Origin: an uncultured Gemmatimonadales bacterium
GTDB taxonomy: Bacteria > Gemmatimonadota > Gemmatimonadetes > Gemmatimonadales > GWC2-71-9
Length of the DNA: 64,000 nucleotides
Assembly (NCBI GenBank): GCA_963821525.1
Contig: CAWGED010000003.1
Coordinates: 90,522 to 154,521 of the forward strand
Direction of reading: 5' to 3'
The position numbers and the translations under genes are program-made. Shown here in pieces: positions 42,770-53,530 of the stretch (position 1 is its first letter; every line of letters begins with the position of its first letter). The notes under the pieces are model-generated. The model ran no database searches. It was not told where the DNA came from and was given only the letters and a program-made list of their open reading frames with translations.

Positions 42770-43428
42770 CGCCACGTATATGCTCCCGCAGAGTGGCGGC
42801 GTGCCTAGCGGATCGGTCGCGGCGCCGCAGGCCCGCGCGACGGAGCTGGTGCGGCTGTCGAGGCGCGGCAGCGCCCGACTGGGGCCCGGGGCCGTCCTGT
42901 GCGCCAGCGATGCGCGAGCGCCCTGGCGCAGCACGATCGCCTTACATCCCCGCGCCGGGCTGGTCGTCACCCGCGCGGGTCCGCCGCCCGGGCACCCGGC
43001 CGCCGCGGCCCGATGGACGCGCCCAATGCGTCTGGACCACCGACTCAAGGCAGTTCTGTGGGAAGACCAGTACTGTATCCGCTACGTGGCCGATGATTAC
43101 AGCCGGCTGCTCTCGCTGCAGGCGCTCACCAGCACCAGGCGGAAGCCGGTCTTCGTCGGCCTTTGGGAGTACGGCCTCCGCGCACGTCAAACGGGTGCCC
43201 ACCGGCGCTCGGGCGGCTCTCTCTGTGGTGGCTCCGCTGATCTCCGACTCCCGACCGCTCCCGCGCGACGGCCGCATGACGCTGCCCGGCGCTAGGCCGA
43301 GTGCCCCGGCCCCAAGGCACCGCGGGCCGCGCCCGTTTCGATACCTGGCGCCAGTTCAACCTCCGCCGCAGAGCGCTAGACCGCCGCTTCTATCGGCTCG
43401 CCCGGCCGTATCCCCCTCGTCGTCGGCA

Positions 43429-46034
43429 CTATGAGGTCGCCGCTCGCGGTCGCTGTACAGAGTGGGTATCAGCAACGCTGGCGTACGTCGGTCGTCGAGA
43501 TCGACGACCGCGTGGGACGTGTATTCGGCGCTCCTCGGCCGCTTCCACGAGGACACGCTCCGCATCGAGAGCTCGGCGCCAGCACCGGCGCCACGGTGAC
43601 CGATGTCCCCCACTTGAATCTGCCCGTAGTGCAAGAAGCGGATCGACGCGTGTGCTCGAGACGGGCTGGGATGGCAGTCGCGAGGCTGGCGACACCGAGA
43701 AGGACCGCTGTCGCAATCAGGAGTGTCACTCCGTCCGTCGGAGCCACGTTGTAGAGCAGTGGAACCAGGAGACGGTTCGCAAGGAATGCCCCGAGTAGAC
43801 CCCACGAGCACTCCACCCGCTGCGACTGTGAGCCCGCGGCGCATGACCATCCGCTGCAGATCCCATGGTGCGGCCCCCAAGGCGAGCCGAATGCCGAGTT
43901 CTCGTGTGCGCTGGCGGACCATCGCCGCCATGACGCCGAACAGACCGACAGTCGCTATGGTCAACGCAGCAGCCGCGAACACCGCCAGAAGAAGAGCGTT
44001 CATTCTGGGCTGCGCCAGCGGTCCCTGGAGGAACGTCCCGAATGACGCGACGCTGACCAGGGCCACGCCTGGGGCGGTCTCGCCGATGACCCGGCGGATG
44101 GCGGATATCGGCCAAGAGGAGCGCTCCGTTCGGATCGCGAGTGATGTTGGCGCGAAGGGGAAGAATGACTGGTTCGAGCGGGAAGTAGATACTCGGGCGT
44201 GCTTCTCGCAGGTCCCGGTATCGCGTGTCGGGGACGACGCCGACAACCGCGAACACCCGGTCGCCGTCAGCCCCCATTAGCAAACGCTTCCCGAGCGGAT
44301 CGTCCCCTGGCCAGTAGTGCTCCGCAGCCGAGTGACTGACGACAACGACGGGCGGAGCGTCCTCGCGATCCTGCTCCGTGAAAGTACGACCGCGTAGCAC
44401 CGGAACGCCAACTGTTGTGAAGTAACCGGGGGCGACAACTTCCATATTGAGCATCGGGTTAGCGGCTGCTTCCTCCTGTGACTGGCCTTCGGCCGCCGGC
44501 GTTCCGTCCCATCCAGCATTCCCTGAGAAGGGAACGGCTACCACGGGTGAGACGGCACGGACACCCGGGATAGCCTCGAGCTGGGGCGTCGAGCTGCTTC
44601 AGCATCGCGCGTTGCTTCTCCGCGCTCGCGAGAAGGTCGGATCGAAACGCCAACTCGCCAATAAACAGGTGTGAGGGGTCCAAGGATACGTTCGGCTCTT
44701 TGCAAGTTGATGAGGCTCCTGGTAATAACGCCGGCTGCAGCGAGGACGAGAAGCGCAAGGGCGAGCTGAGCCGCCACCAGCGTTTCGGTGCCGACCCGGG
44801 ACCGACGTGTCGCGCTGTGGCCCGTGGCTGATCGGAGTGCCGCTTGAAGTTCAAGCCGTGACGTCAGGATCGCTGGGGCAAGTCCGAAGAGCAGGATCGC
44901 GACGGCGGTAATAGCAAGCGCGCTTACGAGCGCCAGTGGATTCAGATGGACTTCACCCAGCCGAGGTACATCTGGTAGGGCGAACGCGATGAAGAGCCGA
45001 ACAGACCCTGCCGCGACGGCAATTCCGAGCCCGCCGCCGGCGATCGCTAGCAAGGCGTTTTCCGTCAACAACTGCAGGGTGATCTGTGTGCGCGTCGCGC
45101 CGAGCGCTGATCGAACAGCAACCTCCCGCACGCGCGCTACCCCGCGTACGACGAGAAGGTTGGCGACATTGATGCACGTAACCAGGAGAAGCAAGCAGGC
45201 GGCGGCGGCGAAGGCGAAGAGCGCGGGGCGGACATCACCAATCACCAGCCGGGGCCACGAGGTTGCGACGCCATGCAGTTGGTTCTGCGAGGACGACGCG
45301 TCAGCGTGCTTGAGGAAGGTGGTCAGCTCGTTCCCGGCACTCGTCGGCGTGGCACCGGGGACAAGTCTTCCGATGACATAAAAGGCCATCAGGGACAGCG
45401 CATCGGGAGACAGGGAAGAGACGACAGGCGCCCAGAAGTCGGTGCCGTTGGGATAGTCCAGCCCCTCGGGCATCACACCAACGATGGTGTACACGGTGCC
45501 ATCGCCATACGTCACGATCTGTCGCCCGATTACTCCCGGATCAGCGCTAAACCGCTCATGCCAGGCCGTGTAGCTCAGGACTGCAACTGGTTCCGCCCCG
45601 CGTACGTCATCTCCTCGCCCCAGCGCGCGGCCCAGCGTTGGGTACACTCCCAGGACGTCAAAGAACTCGCCAGATACGAGCGCGCGCCGTAGCCGGGATA
45701 CTTGGTCGCCATCGCGAATCGGTATCGGTCCCGCGCCATTGTAGAGGAAAAGAGCGGCCCGCTCCAGCGTCCGCGTTCCCCGGGCAAAGGTGCGACCATC
45801 GGACAGACCGAGCGGGTAATTGAACGGGCGATCAGACCCTGTGCCCCAAAGCACGACGAGACGGGCCTGATCGCGGACCGGCAAATGGCGTAGCAAGAGT
45901 GCGTCAGCGACCGTGAAGACCGCGATCGAGAGGCCGATCCCGAGGGCCAGGATGGCGAGAGCTACGATGGCAACACCGCCCCAGCGGTGGAGGCTTCGTA
46001 CCGCAAGGCGGAGGTTGCAAATCGCTGTGTTCAT
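43429..46034 (-). CDS. ABC transporter permease (MacB/FtsX, ADOP duplicated type) carried as a gene cassette; frameshifted
   Basis: ILALGIG, LLLVTCINVANLL, REVAVRSALGATR, LVAAQLALALLVL, VRQRTRELGIRLALGA, RVDPLLALRAD; GAGG SD just after the attC R'. Confidence 0.88.
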
Positions 46035-46051
46035 GCGGACGCCTCGTGGCG

Positions 46052-46157
46052 GCCTAACGGACAGCGCGTCAGTTGCGGGCGACTCAGTTCGCCCGTGCGC
46101 CAACGGCTGGCTTCCTTTGAAAAGTTAGCGCCCGCCAACTGCACGCGCAGGTTAGGT
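46052..46157 (-). mobile_element. Complete integron attC site (106 bp)
   Basis: Minus strand ACCTAAC-CTGCGC-GTGCAGTTGGCGGGCG...CGCCCGCAACTGAC-GCGCTGTCC-GTTAGGC: RYYYAAC/GTTRRRY ends with an imperfect stem carrying two unpaired bases. Confidence 0.88.
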
Positions 46158-46375
46158 GCCGACCCTGCCATCGGGATCTGCCGAGCCGCGGAGCTTACAC
46201 CAGGACGGCCGGCGGCCTCTCGAAACTCCGGCCGGAGTGGCGCGCACGAACCTTCTTTTCGGCGGAGCAAACATCCCCGGAGGCGATTCGGAAGCTGGGC
46301 CGCCTCGTGGAGCGCTGCGACCCCGAGCCGCGGGACCATTCCGAGTTCACCATTAACAACAATGAACGGGAGTGC

Positions 46376-46382
46376 ACCTAAC
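46376..46382 (-). mobile_element. Cassette crossover core G|TTAGGT at the amidohydrolase stop codon (array boundary)
   Basis: The G of TAG is the G of GTTAGGTGC, perfectly complementary to GCACCTAAC (R'' at 46159-46151). Confidence 0.7.
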
Positions 46383-47626
46383 TAATACTTCGGCGGCAGC
46401 GTCTTGTACCGCTCCAGCAACTCCGTCTGCCGCGTCTCCTTCGAGATCTCGACACCCTTGATATACGTGTGTTCCGCCGCCGACGCGAAGTCGAGCGGGT
46501 CCCCACTCCAGACCACCACGTCGGCCACCTTGCCCGCCTCGAGGCTTCCGTATCTCCCGTCTACACCGAGGGCCTTGGCGGGCTCCAGGGTAATGGCGCG
46601 CAGCGCATCGTCCCACTTCATCCCGTTCCGCACTGCGTTGCCGGCCGAGAAACGAAGGTTGCGGTAGTTGCCGCGATCGGGCTCGATCAGGACGACGGGG
46701 ACGCCTGCCTCTCTCAGGATCGTCGCATTGTCGAGCCGCGGGGCCAGCCCGTCGAAGTTGGGCACATCGCTCAGCGGATTGAGCACCACGGGCACGCTGG
46801 CCGCCGCGAGCAGCTTGGCCACTTTCCAGGCCTCGGTTCCGCCCCGAATGACCAGCTTGAGGTGGTATTCGTTGGCCAGCCGGAGCGCGCTTTCGATATC
46901 GCTCTGCCGGTTGGCGATGGTGTAGAGCGGAAGCCGGCCTTCCAGCACCGGCACCAGCGCCTCCAGGTCCGCGGCCGGGGCCGACAGCTCCTGCATCTGG
47001 TTCTTCTTGTAGTCCGGAGTCCGCTTCCGGTACTCATCGGCGTCCTTGAACAGCTGCCGCAGCCGCTGGTACACTCCTGCCTTGCTGCCGCCCCCCGCTC
47101 CCTTGCTCTCGCTGCTCAGGTCCACCACCATCGCGACCGGATTCTGCGAAATCAGGTCTTCGATCCGGTCTCCCGAGAGATCGAGCAGCAGCGCCTGGCC
47201 CGCGACGAGACCTCCCTCCGGACCACTGACCGCGGTCGTCACCCCATCGGTTCGTGCGACGGGAATGAAGACCGACTGCGGGTTGATCCCCTCCGCCACG
47301 TTGAACGCGGCGTTGATGTCGCCCGACTTGGTGTCTTCCGAGGTCTGGGGAACCGATCCGACCTCATTCAGCCCGAGGTCGGTCCAGGCATGGAAGAGGC
47401 CTGGCGTTACCCATTTGCCCTTGGCGTCGATGACGGTGGCATCCGCGGGGACCGTGACACCGGCGCCGACCTGAAGTATCCGCCCATCCTTGATCAGAAC
47501 GGTTCCGTTCTCGATCCGAGGCCCGGAGACCGGATAGACCGTGCCGCCTTGAATGGCGATGGTCTGGGCATTGAGTCCCTGGGCGGCTAGCGCGACGAAG
47601 GTCAGCGCAAGTAGCTGGCGTCTCAT
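46382..47626 (-). CDS. Secreted amidohydrolase-family protein (probably the degenerate partner)
   Basis: Signal peptide, IDAKGKWVTPGLFHAWTDLG, GSLEAGKVADVVVWSGDP. Confidence 0.85.
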   Translation of the reverse strand: MRRQLLALTFVALAAQGLNAQTIAIQGGTVYPVSGPRIENGTVLIKDGRILQVGAGVTVPADATVIDAKGKWVTPGLFHAWTDLGLNEVGSVPQTSEDTKSGDINAAFNVAEGINPQSVFIPVARTDGVTTAVSGPEGGLVAGQALLLDLSGDRIEDLISQNPVAMVVDLSSESKGAGGGSKAGVYQRLRQLFKDADEYRKRTPDYKKNQMQELSAPAADLEALVPVLEGRLPLYTIANRQSDIESALRLANEYHLKLVIRGGTEAWKVAKLLAAASVPVVLNPLSDVPNFDGLAPRLDNATILREAGVPVVLIEPDRGNYRNLRFSAGNAVRNGMKWDDALRAITLEPAKALGVDGRYGSLEAGKVADVVVWSGDPLDFASAAEHTYIKGVEISKETRQTELLERYKTLPPKY

Positions 47627-49028
47627 CGACCCACCCCCGGCGCCGCGGTGCCCAGGTTGAAGTCGGTCTTGGGCTGGTGCGCCGGATCGTTCCGGTCGTA
47701 CACCAGCCAGCCATCGTTGAACACCCGCTCGGCCTTGCTGTAGACCGAGAAGGGATCTCCCGACCAGATCACCACGTCGGCGTGTTTGCCGGCTTCGAGG
47801 GTCCCGGTCGTGCTGTCGATGCCGAGTGCCCAGGCGGGGTTGGCGGTGAGCCAGCGAATCGCCTCCTCCCGAGTAGTGCCCAGGCCGGCGCGTATCCCGG
47901 CGTACATCGCCTTCGCCGCCTCCTGGTTGAGCCGCTGAATGCCGTCTTCAGAATCCGAGTGGATGATGGCGCGGGCGCCCGCCTTCTGAATCAGCGCGGC
48001 GTTCTCCCGCACCCCGTCGAACGATTCCATCTTGAAGCCCCACCAGTCGGCCCAGACCGATGCGGCGACACCTTCCTTCGCCAGCACGTCCGCGATCTTG
48101 TATCCCTCGACCACGTGATGGAACGACCGGATGTGGAATCCGAACTCCTTCGAGAGGTCGATCATCTGCAGCATCTCGTCGGCCCGGTAGCAGTGGTTGT
48201 GCACCAGGATCTTGCCCCGGAGCACATCCGCCAGCGTTTCCAGCTTGAGGTCACGAGCGGGAGGATCCCCGCTCTTGTTCTTGAGCCAGTTGTCCCACTT
48301 CCGCCGGTACTGTTCCGCGTCAATAAACGCCGCGCGATACCCGGCCATGTTGCCCATGCGAGTCGAGGGACCGCTCCGCTGGTAAACCCGCTTCGGGTTC
48401 TCGCCGCAGGCCATCTTCAATCCATATGGCGCGCCCGGATACTTCATCTCCTGGACGCTCCTCGCTGGAATCAGCCGGAGCGTCGCCGAACGCCCGCCGA
48501 TGAGGTTGGCTGAGCCGGGCAACGCTTGAATGACGGTGATACCTCCGGCAATGGCGAGCGGGATCTCCGGATCCTGGGGCCAGAAGCTGTGCTCGGCCCA
48601 GACGTTGGCGGTGACCGGATTGAAGTCGCCTCGTTCCCGTCGCTCTCCGCCCAGGTCCCCGGCGCCGCATACACGCCGAGGTGGCTGTGGTCGTCGATGA
48701 TTCCGGGAGTGACGAATTTCCCGGTTCCATCTACCACCACCGCGTCTGCCGGTGCGGTAGTGTCGGCACCGACCGATACGATCAACCCGTCCTTGAAGTA
48801 CACCGAGGCGTGCTGCATCTCCGGCCCCGCTGCCGTGAGGACCGTGGCGTTGCGGATGAAGACCGGAGGATTCTGTTTTCTCTGGTAGGTCGAGGGATAC
48901 TGGCTACGGAACTCGCTCTCTTCGCCTTCGGCGGGCTTGGGGCTCGTACTGGGAGGCGGTCCCGAGGAACAGGCACTCAACAGGACGAGCAGCCCGGCGA
49001 GCGCGTTGGGGAACGTGGTAGCTCTCAT
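47623..49028 (-). CDS. Amidohydrolase-family lipoprotein, frameshifts ~48520-48625
   Basis: Lipobox LLSAC, TPGIIDDHSHLG, KMACGENPK, HCYRADE, FHHVVEGY, IHSDS. Confidence 0.87.
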
Positions 49029-51110
49029 GGGGCGCGATTACCTCCCGTAGGAACGGCAACGAATTCCAGCGGTGTGCCGGCGACTGTCAGACGCAGCAAA
49101 CGGCGCGGAGGATCAACCGATACGTAGAAGGTCACCTTCTGCTCGTCTCCCTCGAGATCCGCCATGTAAGCCTGGAAGGAACCAGCCGGAACCGAAACCG
49201 TTCCCACGGCCCGCACCGTGAGGGTGAGCGTCCGGACTCGGTTCTGCCCCGAGGCGAACACCGGAATGGTCCACCGCAGATTCGGCGCCCACTTGAGAGC
49301 GGGGAGCAGAGCCTGGAGGGCATTGTCGTCCAGAATACCCGCGGGAACGATGGTGTCCACCGCCAGCGTCATCGGACCGTTCGGCCCGAGTACATGGGCC
49401 GAGCCTTTCACTTTACCGCTGCCATAGGCGAGATCGATCTTGGTGTCCTGGCCCCGCATCTTCCCGGTCTGGGCCAGGCTTCGCATGCGACCGGCCCGGT
49501 CCATCGAGACCTTGGTCGTCTGACTGATCACGTTGCCGATGTTGGTCGTTTCGGTGTAGAGCAGGCCGTCGCCGCTCTGCTCCAGGGTGGAGACTTGCAC
49601 TCCGACCGTCCGACCCTGCGCTACTACCAGGAGGCTGTCCTTCCTCGGCACGAGAAGAGTCGTATCGAGCTCCAGCACGGCGACCTTGGGCTCGAAATCC
49701 GCCGGCGTGAGGGCAGTCCCGTCAGGACCGATTACCGCAATCGGTGCAATCGTACTCAACCCTTTGTAAACCTGGCTCGCGTTTCCCACTACCACGATCA
49801 GACAGGAATCAGGCCGCACCACCGTGCGTGCGGCGGTTCTGAACCTGGTAGCGCTCAGTGATGCGACCTGTTTCCGATAGTTGGTGATCGAGCTGGCCGG
49901 CAAGCCCCATGCGCCGGGCCTTGAGGACCGCGCTGGCCTGCTGGTTCATCGACTGAATGCCGAGCGGGTAGCCTCCCGTCAGCTCCGCCTGGGCACGCTT
50001 CAATTCCTCGGGAGCAATCGTGTCGGTGCGGACCTTCCGCATCTGCGCCAGCAGCTCGCGCACCGCCGAATCGGTGACAGTGGCCCGCACTTCGGCACCC
50101 ACCTGGTACATGCCCAGCCCGTTGGTTTGCGACAGAGCGGAAGCAGGCGACTCGGCCCAGCGCCGCTCGTCGCGCAAGGAGCGAACGAGGCGGCTGTTCG
50201 ACGAGCCACCGAACACCCGGTCCACCACCGTGGCGGCGTAGTAGGTCGAGTCTCCTCCGCGAATCGTGGTATTGCCCATCAGAATGCTGGAGGTCTCGGC
50301 ACTGGGCACGTGCACCAGGATGATCCGGGTCTTCGCCCGAATCGGAGACTTGGCCGGTAGCGGCGCCGGGGCGACACCCTTCCAGTCTCCGAATGCGTCG
50401 GTCACCAGCTTGCGCGCGTCGGCCAGGGTGATATCGCCCGCAATCACCAGCTGCGTAGCCGAAGGGCGGAACCGGGCCAGCCGGAAGGCTTCGAGGTCCC
50501 TCCGTCCGACGTTGTTGAGCGTGAGTGGTGTGGACCTGATCGCATAGGGATGCGAGCCGTAGAGTGCGGCAAGAAAGATCCGCGAGGCCAGGTTCCCCGA
50601 TTGAGCGTTGTCGGCCTGAACGCTCGCGACTGCCTGGGCGCGGACCTTGTCTACTTCCTGCGGATCGAGATGCGGCCGGAGGACCGCGTCGGCCAGGAGG
50701 CCCATCGCGACATCGATGTGCTCTGACAGCGCATCAGCGGTGAGAGTCAGGAAATCGGGATCCACTGCTGCGCTCAGCGAACCACCCACCTGTTCGATCG
50801 CCGCGGCGACGCTGTCCGCGTCACGGCTTCCTGCTCCCCTGGTGAGCAGGGAGGCGAGCAGATCGGCGGTGCCGGCCTGACTGGCAGGATCGTAGGCAGT
50901 CCCCGCGGGCAGCGACATGGCCATCGACACCACGGGCTGCCGGTGATTCTCCAGCACCGTCACCTTGAGCCCGTTAGGCAGCACGAACGGCTGCAGGGCA
51001 GGGGCTGGAGCCGCTGCGACCGGAGTGGCCGCCGGTGGAGCTGTCGGGAATTGGGCCGCTGCGTTGCTCGCGATCAGCGACAAACCGAAGAACAGGACAG
51101 GCGATTTCAT
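49025..51110 (-). CDS. M16 (pitrilysin-like) peptidase, inactive subunit with C-terminal beta-rich extension; frameshift ~49890
   Basis: LPNGLKVTVLENHRQPVV, LLTRGAG, LVIAGDI, FGGSSNSRL; no HxxEH. Confidence 0.85.
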
Positions 51111-52516
51111 GACGAGGCTCTCCCCGGCTGAACGATGACAGTGAGCCCGTTCTGCGGGGTTAGATAGCTCGCCGCAACTCGCTTCACGTCCTCCGCCGTC
51201 ACCGCCATGTATCTCCCGACGTCCTTATTGACCGCGTCCGCCGATCCCAGGAACGTGGCGGCGTGCTGCAAAGCCTCGGCGACGTCCTGAACTCGCTGCC
51301 GGCTGTTGACCGCACCGGCCAGGAAGAAATTCTTGGCCCGAGTCAGCTCGGCATCGGTAACGCCCTTGGTCCCGATCTCGACCATCTGTGCCCGAAGCAA
51401 GGCGGCCACCGAATCTCCGCGGACGCCGGTGTTGGCCACCGCGAAGACCGCGAACACCGACGGCCCTCGGCGTCGGCTCACCAGGTCGGCCTGGATTCCT
51501 GCGACGAGATTCGCCTCACCCGAGAGCGCCACGGCCAATCGGGAATGGGTTCCCTGGCCGAGTATCAGGCCCAGCAGCTCGAGCGCCGGGGTGTCGGCGT
51601 GGTCGTGAGCCGGCGCGCGGAAGAAGAGACCGGCGCCGCCCAATTGTGCGGCTTGGTCCTTGATTTCCTTTCGAGACCCGGCCGCGCCCGTTCCCGGTGC
51701 GCAGGTGAACTTCGGTCTCTCAGGGCCGCCGGGAATGTCTCCGTAGTACTTGGTGATCAGGTCCTTCGCCGCAGCAGGGTCGAAGTCGCCGGTTACGGTG
51801 AGCCGGGCGTTGCGCGGAGTGTAGTAGGTAGAAAAGAAGGGCCGTATCGATGCCACCGTGGCGCTATCGAGCGCACCGGGAGGCGGCAGTGGCGCGTGGG
51901 CGTAGCCGTAGCAGGTGGTGGAATCGAACAGAGCTTCGGTGCCGAGCAGGAATGGGCTGGCGTAGGCCTGCTGGTCCACCCGGTAGCGCCGCTCGTCCCG
52001 CATAACTCTGCGTTCGACTGTCACCGCGGTGTCGTTCAGCGTCAGCGAGCGAAGGCGGTCCGCTTCCAGCCAGAGACCCAGAGCGAGCTGATTGGACGGG
52101 AGCACCTCGTAGAAGCGGGTGATGTCGTCCTCGGTGTCGCTGCTCGCATCGCCACCGGTCTGGCTCACCAGCCGGAGATGGGCACCGGGCTGCACGTTGG
52201 CCGAACCGTCGAACATCAGGTTCTCGGCGAGGTGGGCATAGCCGGCCTGCTTGGGACCTTCATCCCGCACCCCCACGTCATACCACACGCTCACTGCGAC
52301 GACTTGCGCGTTGTGGTCGGGGGACAGAATGACATCGAGGCCGTTGGGCAGCTTGTACTGCTCGACCGGTACCGCTCCGGGGAGCTTCGTCTGCGCCGCG
52401 CCAGTCTGTGGCACGGCGAAGGCCAGCAGGAGGCCGGAGAGCAACCGCCGAATTGTGGAGCAGGAGTTGTTTTGAGGCACCAGGGATGTACGACGCTCAG
52501 AAAGTGGGAGATTCAC
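51107..52516 (-). CDS. M16 peptidase family protein (HxxEN variant)
   Basis: LPNGLDVIL, VWYDVG, GYAHLAENLMFDGS, LWLEADRL, YYTPRNARLTVTGDFD. Confidence 0.88.
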   Translation of the reverse strand: MNLPLSERRTSLVPQNNSCSTIRRLLSGLLLAFAVPQTGAAQTKLPGAVPVEQYKLPNGLDVILSPDHNAQVVAVSVWYDVGVRDEGPKQAGYAHLAENLMFDGSANVQPGAHLRLVSQTGGDASSDTEDDITRFYEVLPSNQLALGLWLEADRLRSLTLNDTAVTVERRVMRDERRYRVDQQAYASPFLLGTEALFDSTTCYGYAHAPLPPPGALDSATVASIRPFFSTYYTPRNARLTVTGDFDPAAAKDLITKYYGDIPGGPERPKFTCAPGTGAAGSRKEIKDQAAQLGGAGLFFRAPAHDHADTPALELLGLILGQGTHSRLAVALSGEANLVAGIQADLVSRRRGPSVFAVFAVANTGVRGDSVAALLRAQMVEIGTKGVTDAELTRAKNFFLAGAVNSRQRVQDVAEALQHAATFLGSADAVNKDVGRYMAVTAEDVKRVAASYLTPQNGLTVIVQPGRASS

Positions 52517-53382
52517 CCGGCACGATCAGGATAGAGGCGCAGACCATTCTCACTCAGGATCTGCCGCTGAACCGCGGGCGGCAGAGGCAAGGCGAGAAAC
52601 TGATCGAGATTTTGACGCAGATCCTTGACGCCCGGGCTGGGCCAGTCGGTGCCCCACACAGTCTTGTGGGCGATTTCACCGAGGCGAGGAAAGTAGTCGA
52701 GCAGCTTCGCCGGCGGGATACCCGAGACCTCGAGCCAGACATTGGGGTGGCGCCGGAGGACGAAAAACGCCTCCTCGCCCCAGAGCGGCCGGCCGCCGTG
52801 GGCCATCACGATCTGGAGATCGGGGAAATCGATCGCCACATCGTCCAGCTCGAGCGGGTTGCCGTATTTGGATCGTGCGCCGGGGAAGATGCTGGTCCCG
52901 GTGTGGATCAGAACCGGCAGGCCTCGATCTTCCGCGCGACGATAGATCCGGCCCAGCTCCTCCAGTCCCTGCGTGTAGGCGTTGGCCGGAAACAGCTGGT
53001 GCGGCGGATGGATCTTGAGGCAGCGAATGCCCAGGCTGATCAGCCGGTCTACGTCCCCTTCGGGATCCTTGGTGAACCGGGGATGCACCCCGCCGAAGGG
53101 GAGCAGGCGCCGCGGATCGGCGGACGCGTACCGCGCGGCGAAGTCGTTGGTGGAATCGTCGAACCCCATGAGGTCGGGGCTCGGGTAGTTGATCAGTCCA
53201 ACCCGGTCGATTCCCGAGGCATCGAGAACCTCGAGCAGCGCCGCCGGATCCTCCATCAGGTGGATCAGCCGGTCCCAGTGATCCTCTTTGCCCTTCCGCA
53301 TCACCTCCATCACCGCCGGCTTGAGCTGCCGCCACGGCTGGATGTGGATGTGCAGGTCGGAGACCGGGTAGTCGGTGGACAT
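52513..53382 (-). CDS. Amidohydrolase_2 family protein
   Basis: DLHIH, LKIHPPHQ, LIHTG, MAHGGRP, WGTDWP. Confidence 0.9.
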   Translation of the reverse strand: MSTDYPVSDLHIHIQPWRQLKPAVMEVMRKGKEDHWDRLIHLMEDPAALLEVLDASGIDRVGLINYPSPDLMGFDDSTNDFAARYASADPRRLLPFGGVHPRFTKDPEGDVDRLISLGIRCLKIHPPHQLFPANAYTQGLEELGRIYRRAEDRGLPVLIHTGTSIFPGARSKYGNPLELDDVAIDFPDLQIVMAHGGRPLWGEEAFFVLRRHPNVWLEVSGIPPAKLLDYFPRLGEIAHKTVWGTDWPSPGVKDLRQNLDQFLALPLPPAVQRQILSENGLRLYPDRAG

Positions 53383-53395
53383 TGTCGGAAAAGCG

Positions 53396-53522
53396 TGAGA
53401 AGTGAGAGGTGAGAGGTGAGAAGGCTGTGATTCCCCAAGATGTTGTGCTTTCAAGCGGCCGTCGAATCCCCCAAGAATGTCATCTGACTCTCCCTCTTAC
53501 TTCTCACCGTTTCCCCTCTTAC
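53396..53522. repeat. Inverted heptamer arrays (GTGAGAR)4 ... (YTCTYAC)n
   Basis: gtgagaagtgagaggtgagaggtgagaag ... ctcttacttctcaccgtttcccctcttac. Confidence 0.8.
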
Positions 53523-53530
53523 CCGCCTTT

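Noticed and set aside
43040..43110. LWEDQY..RYV resembling a REP-associated tyrosine transposase motif
   Set aside because: No HUH motif or other supporting conservation is visible.
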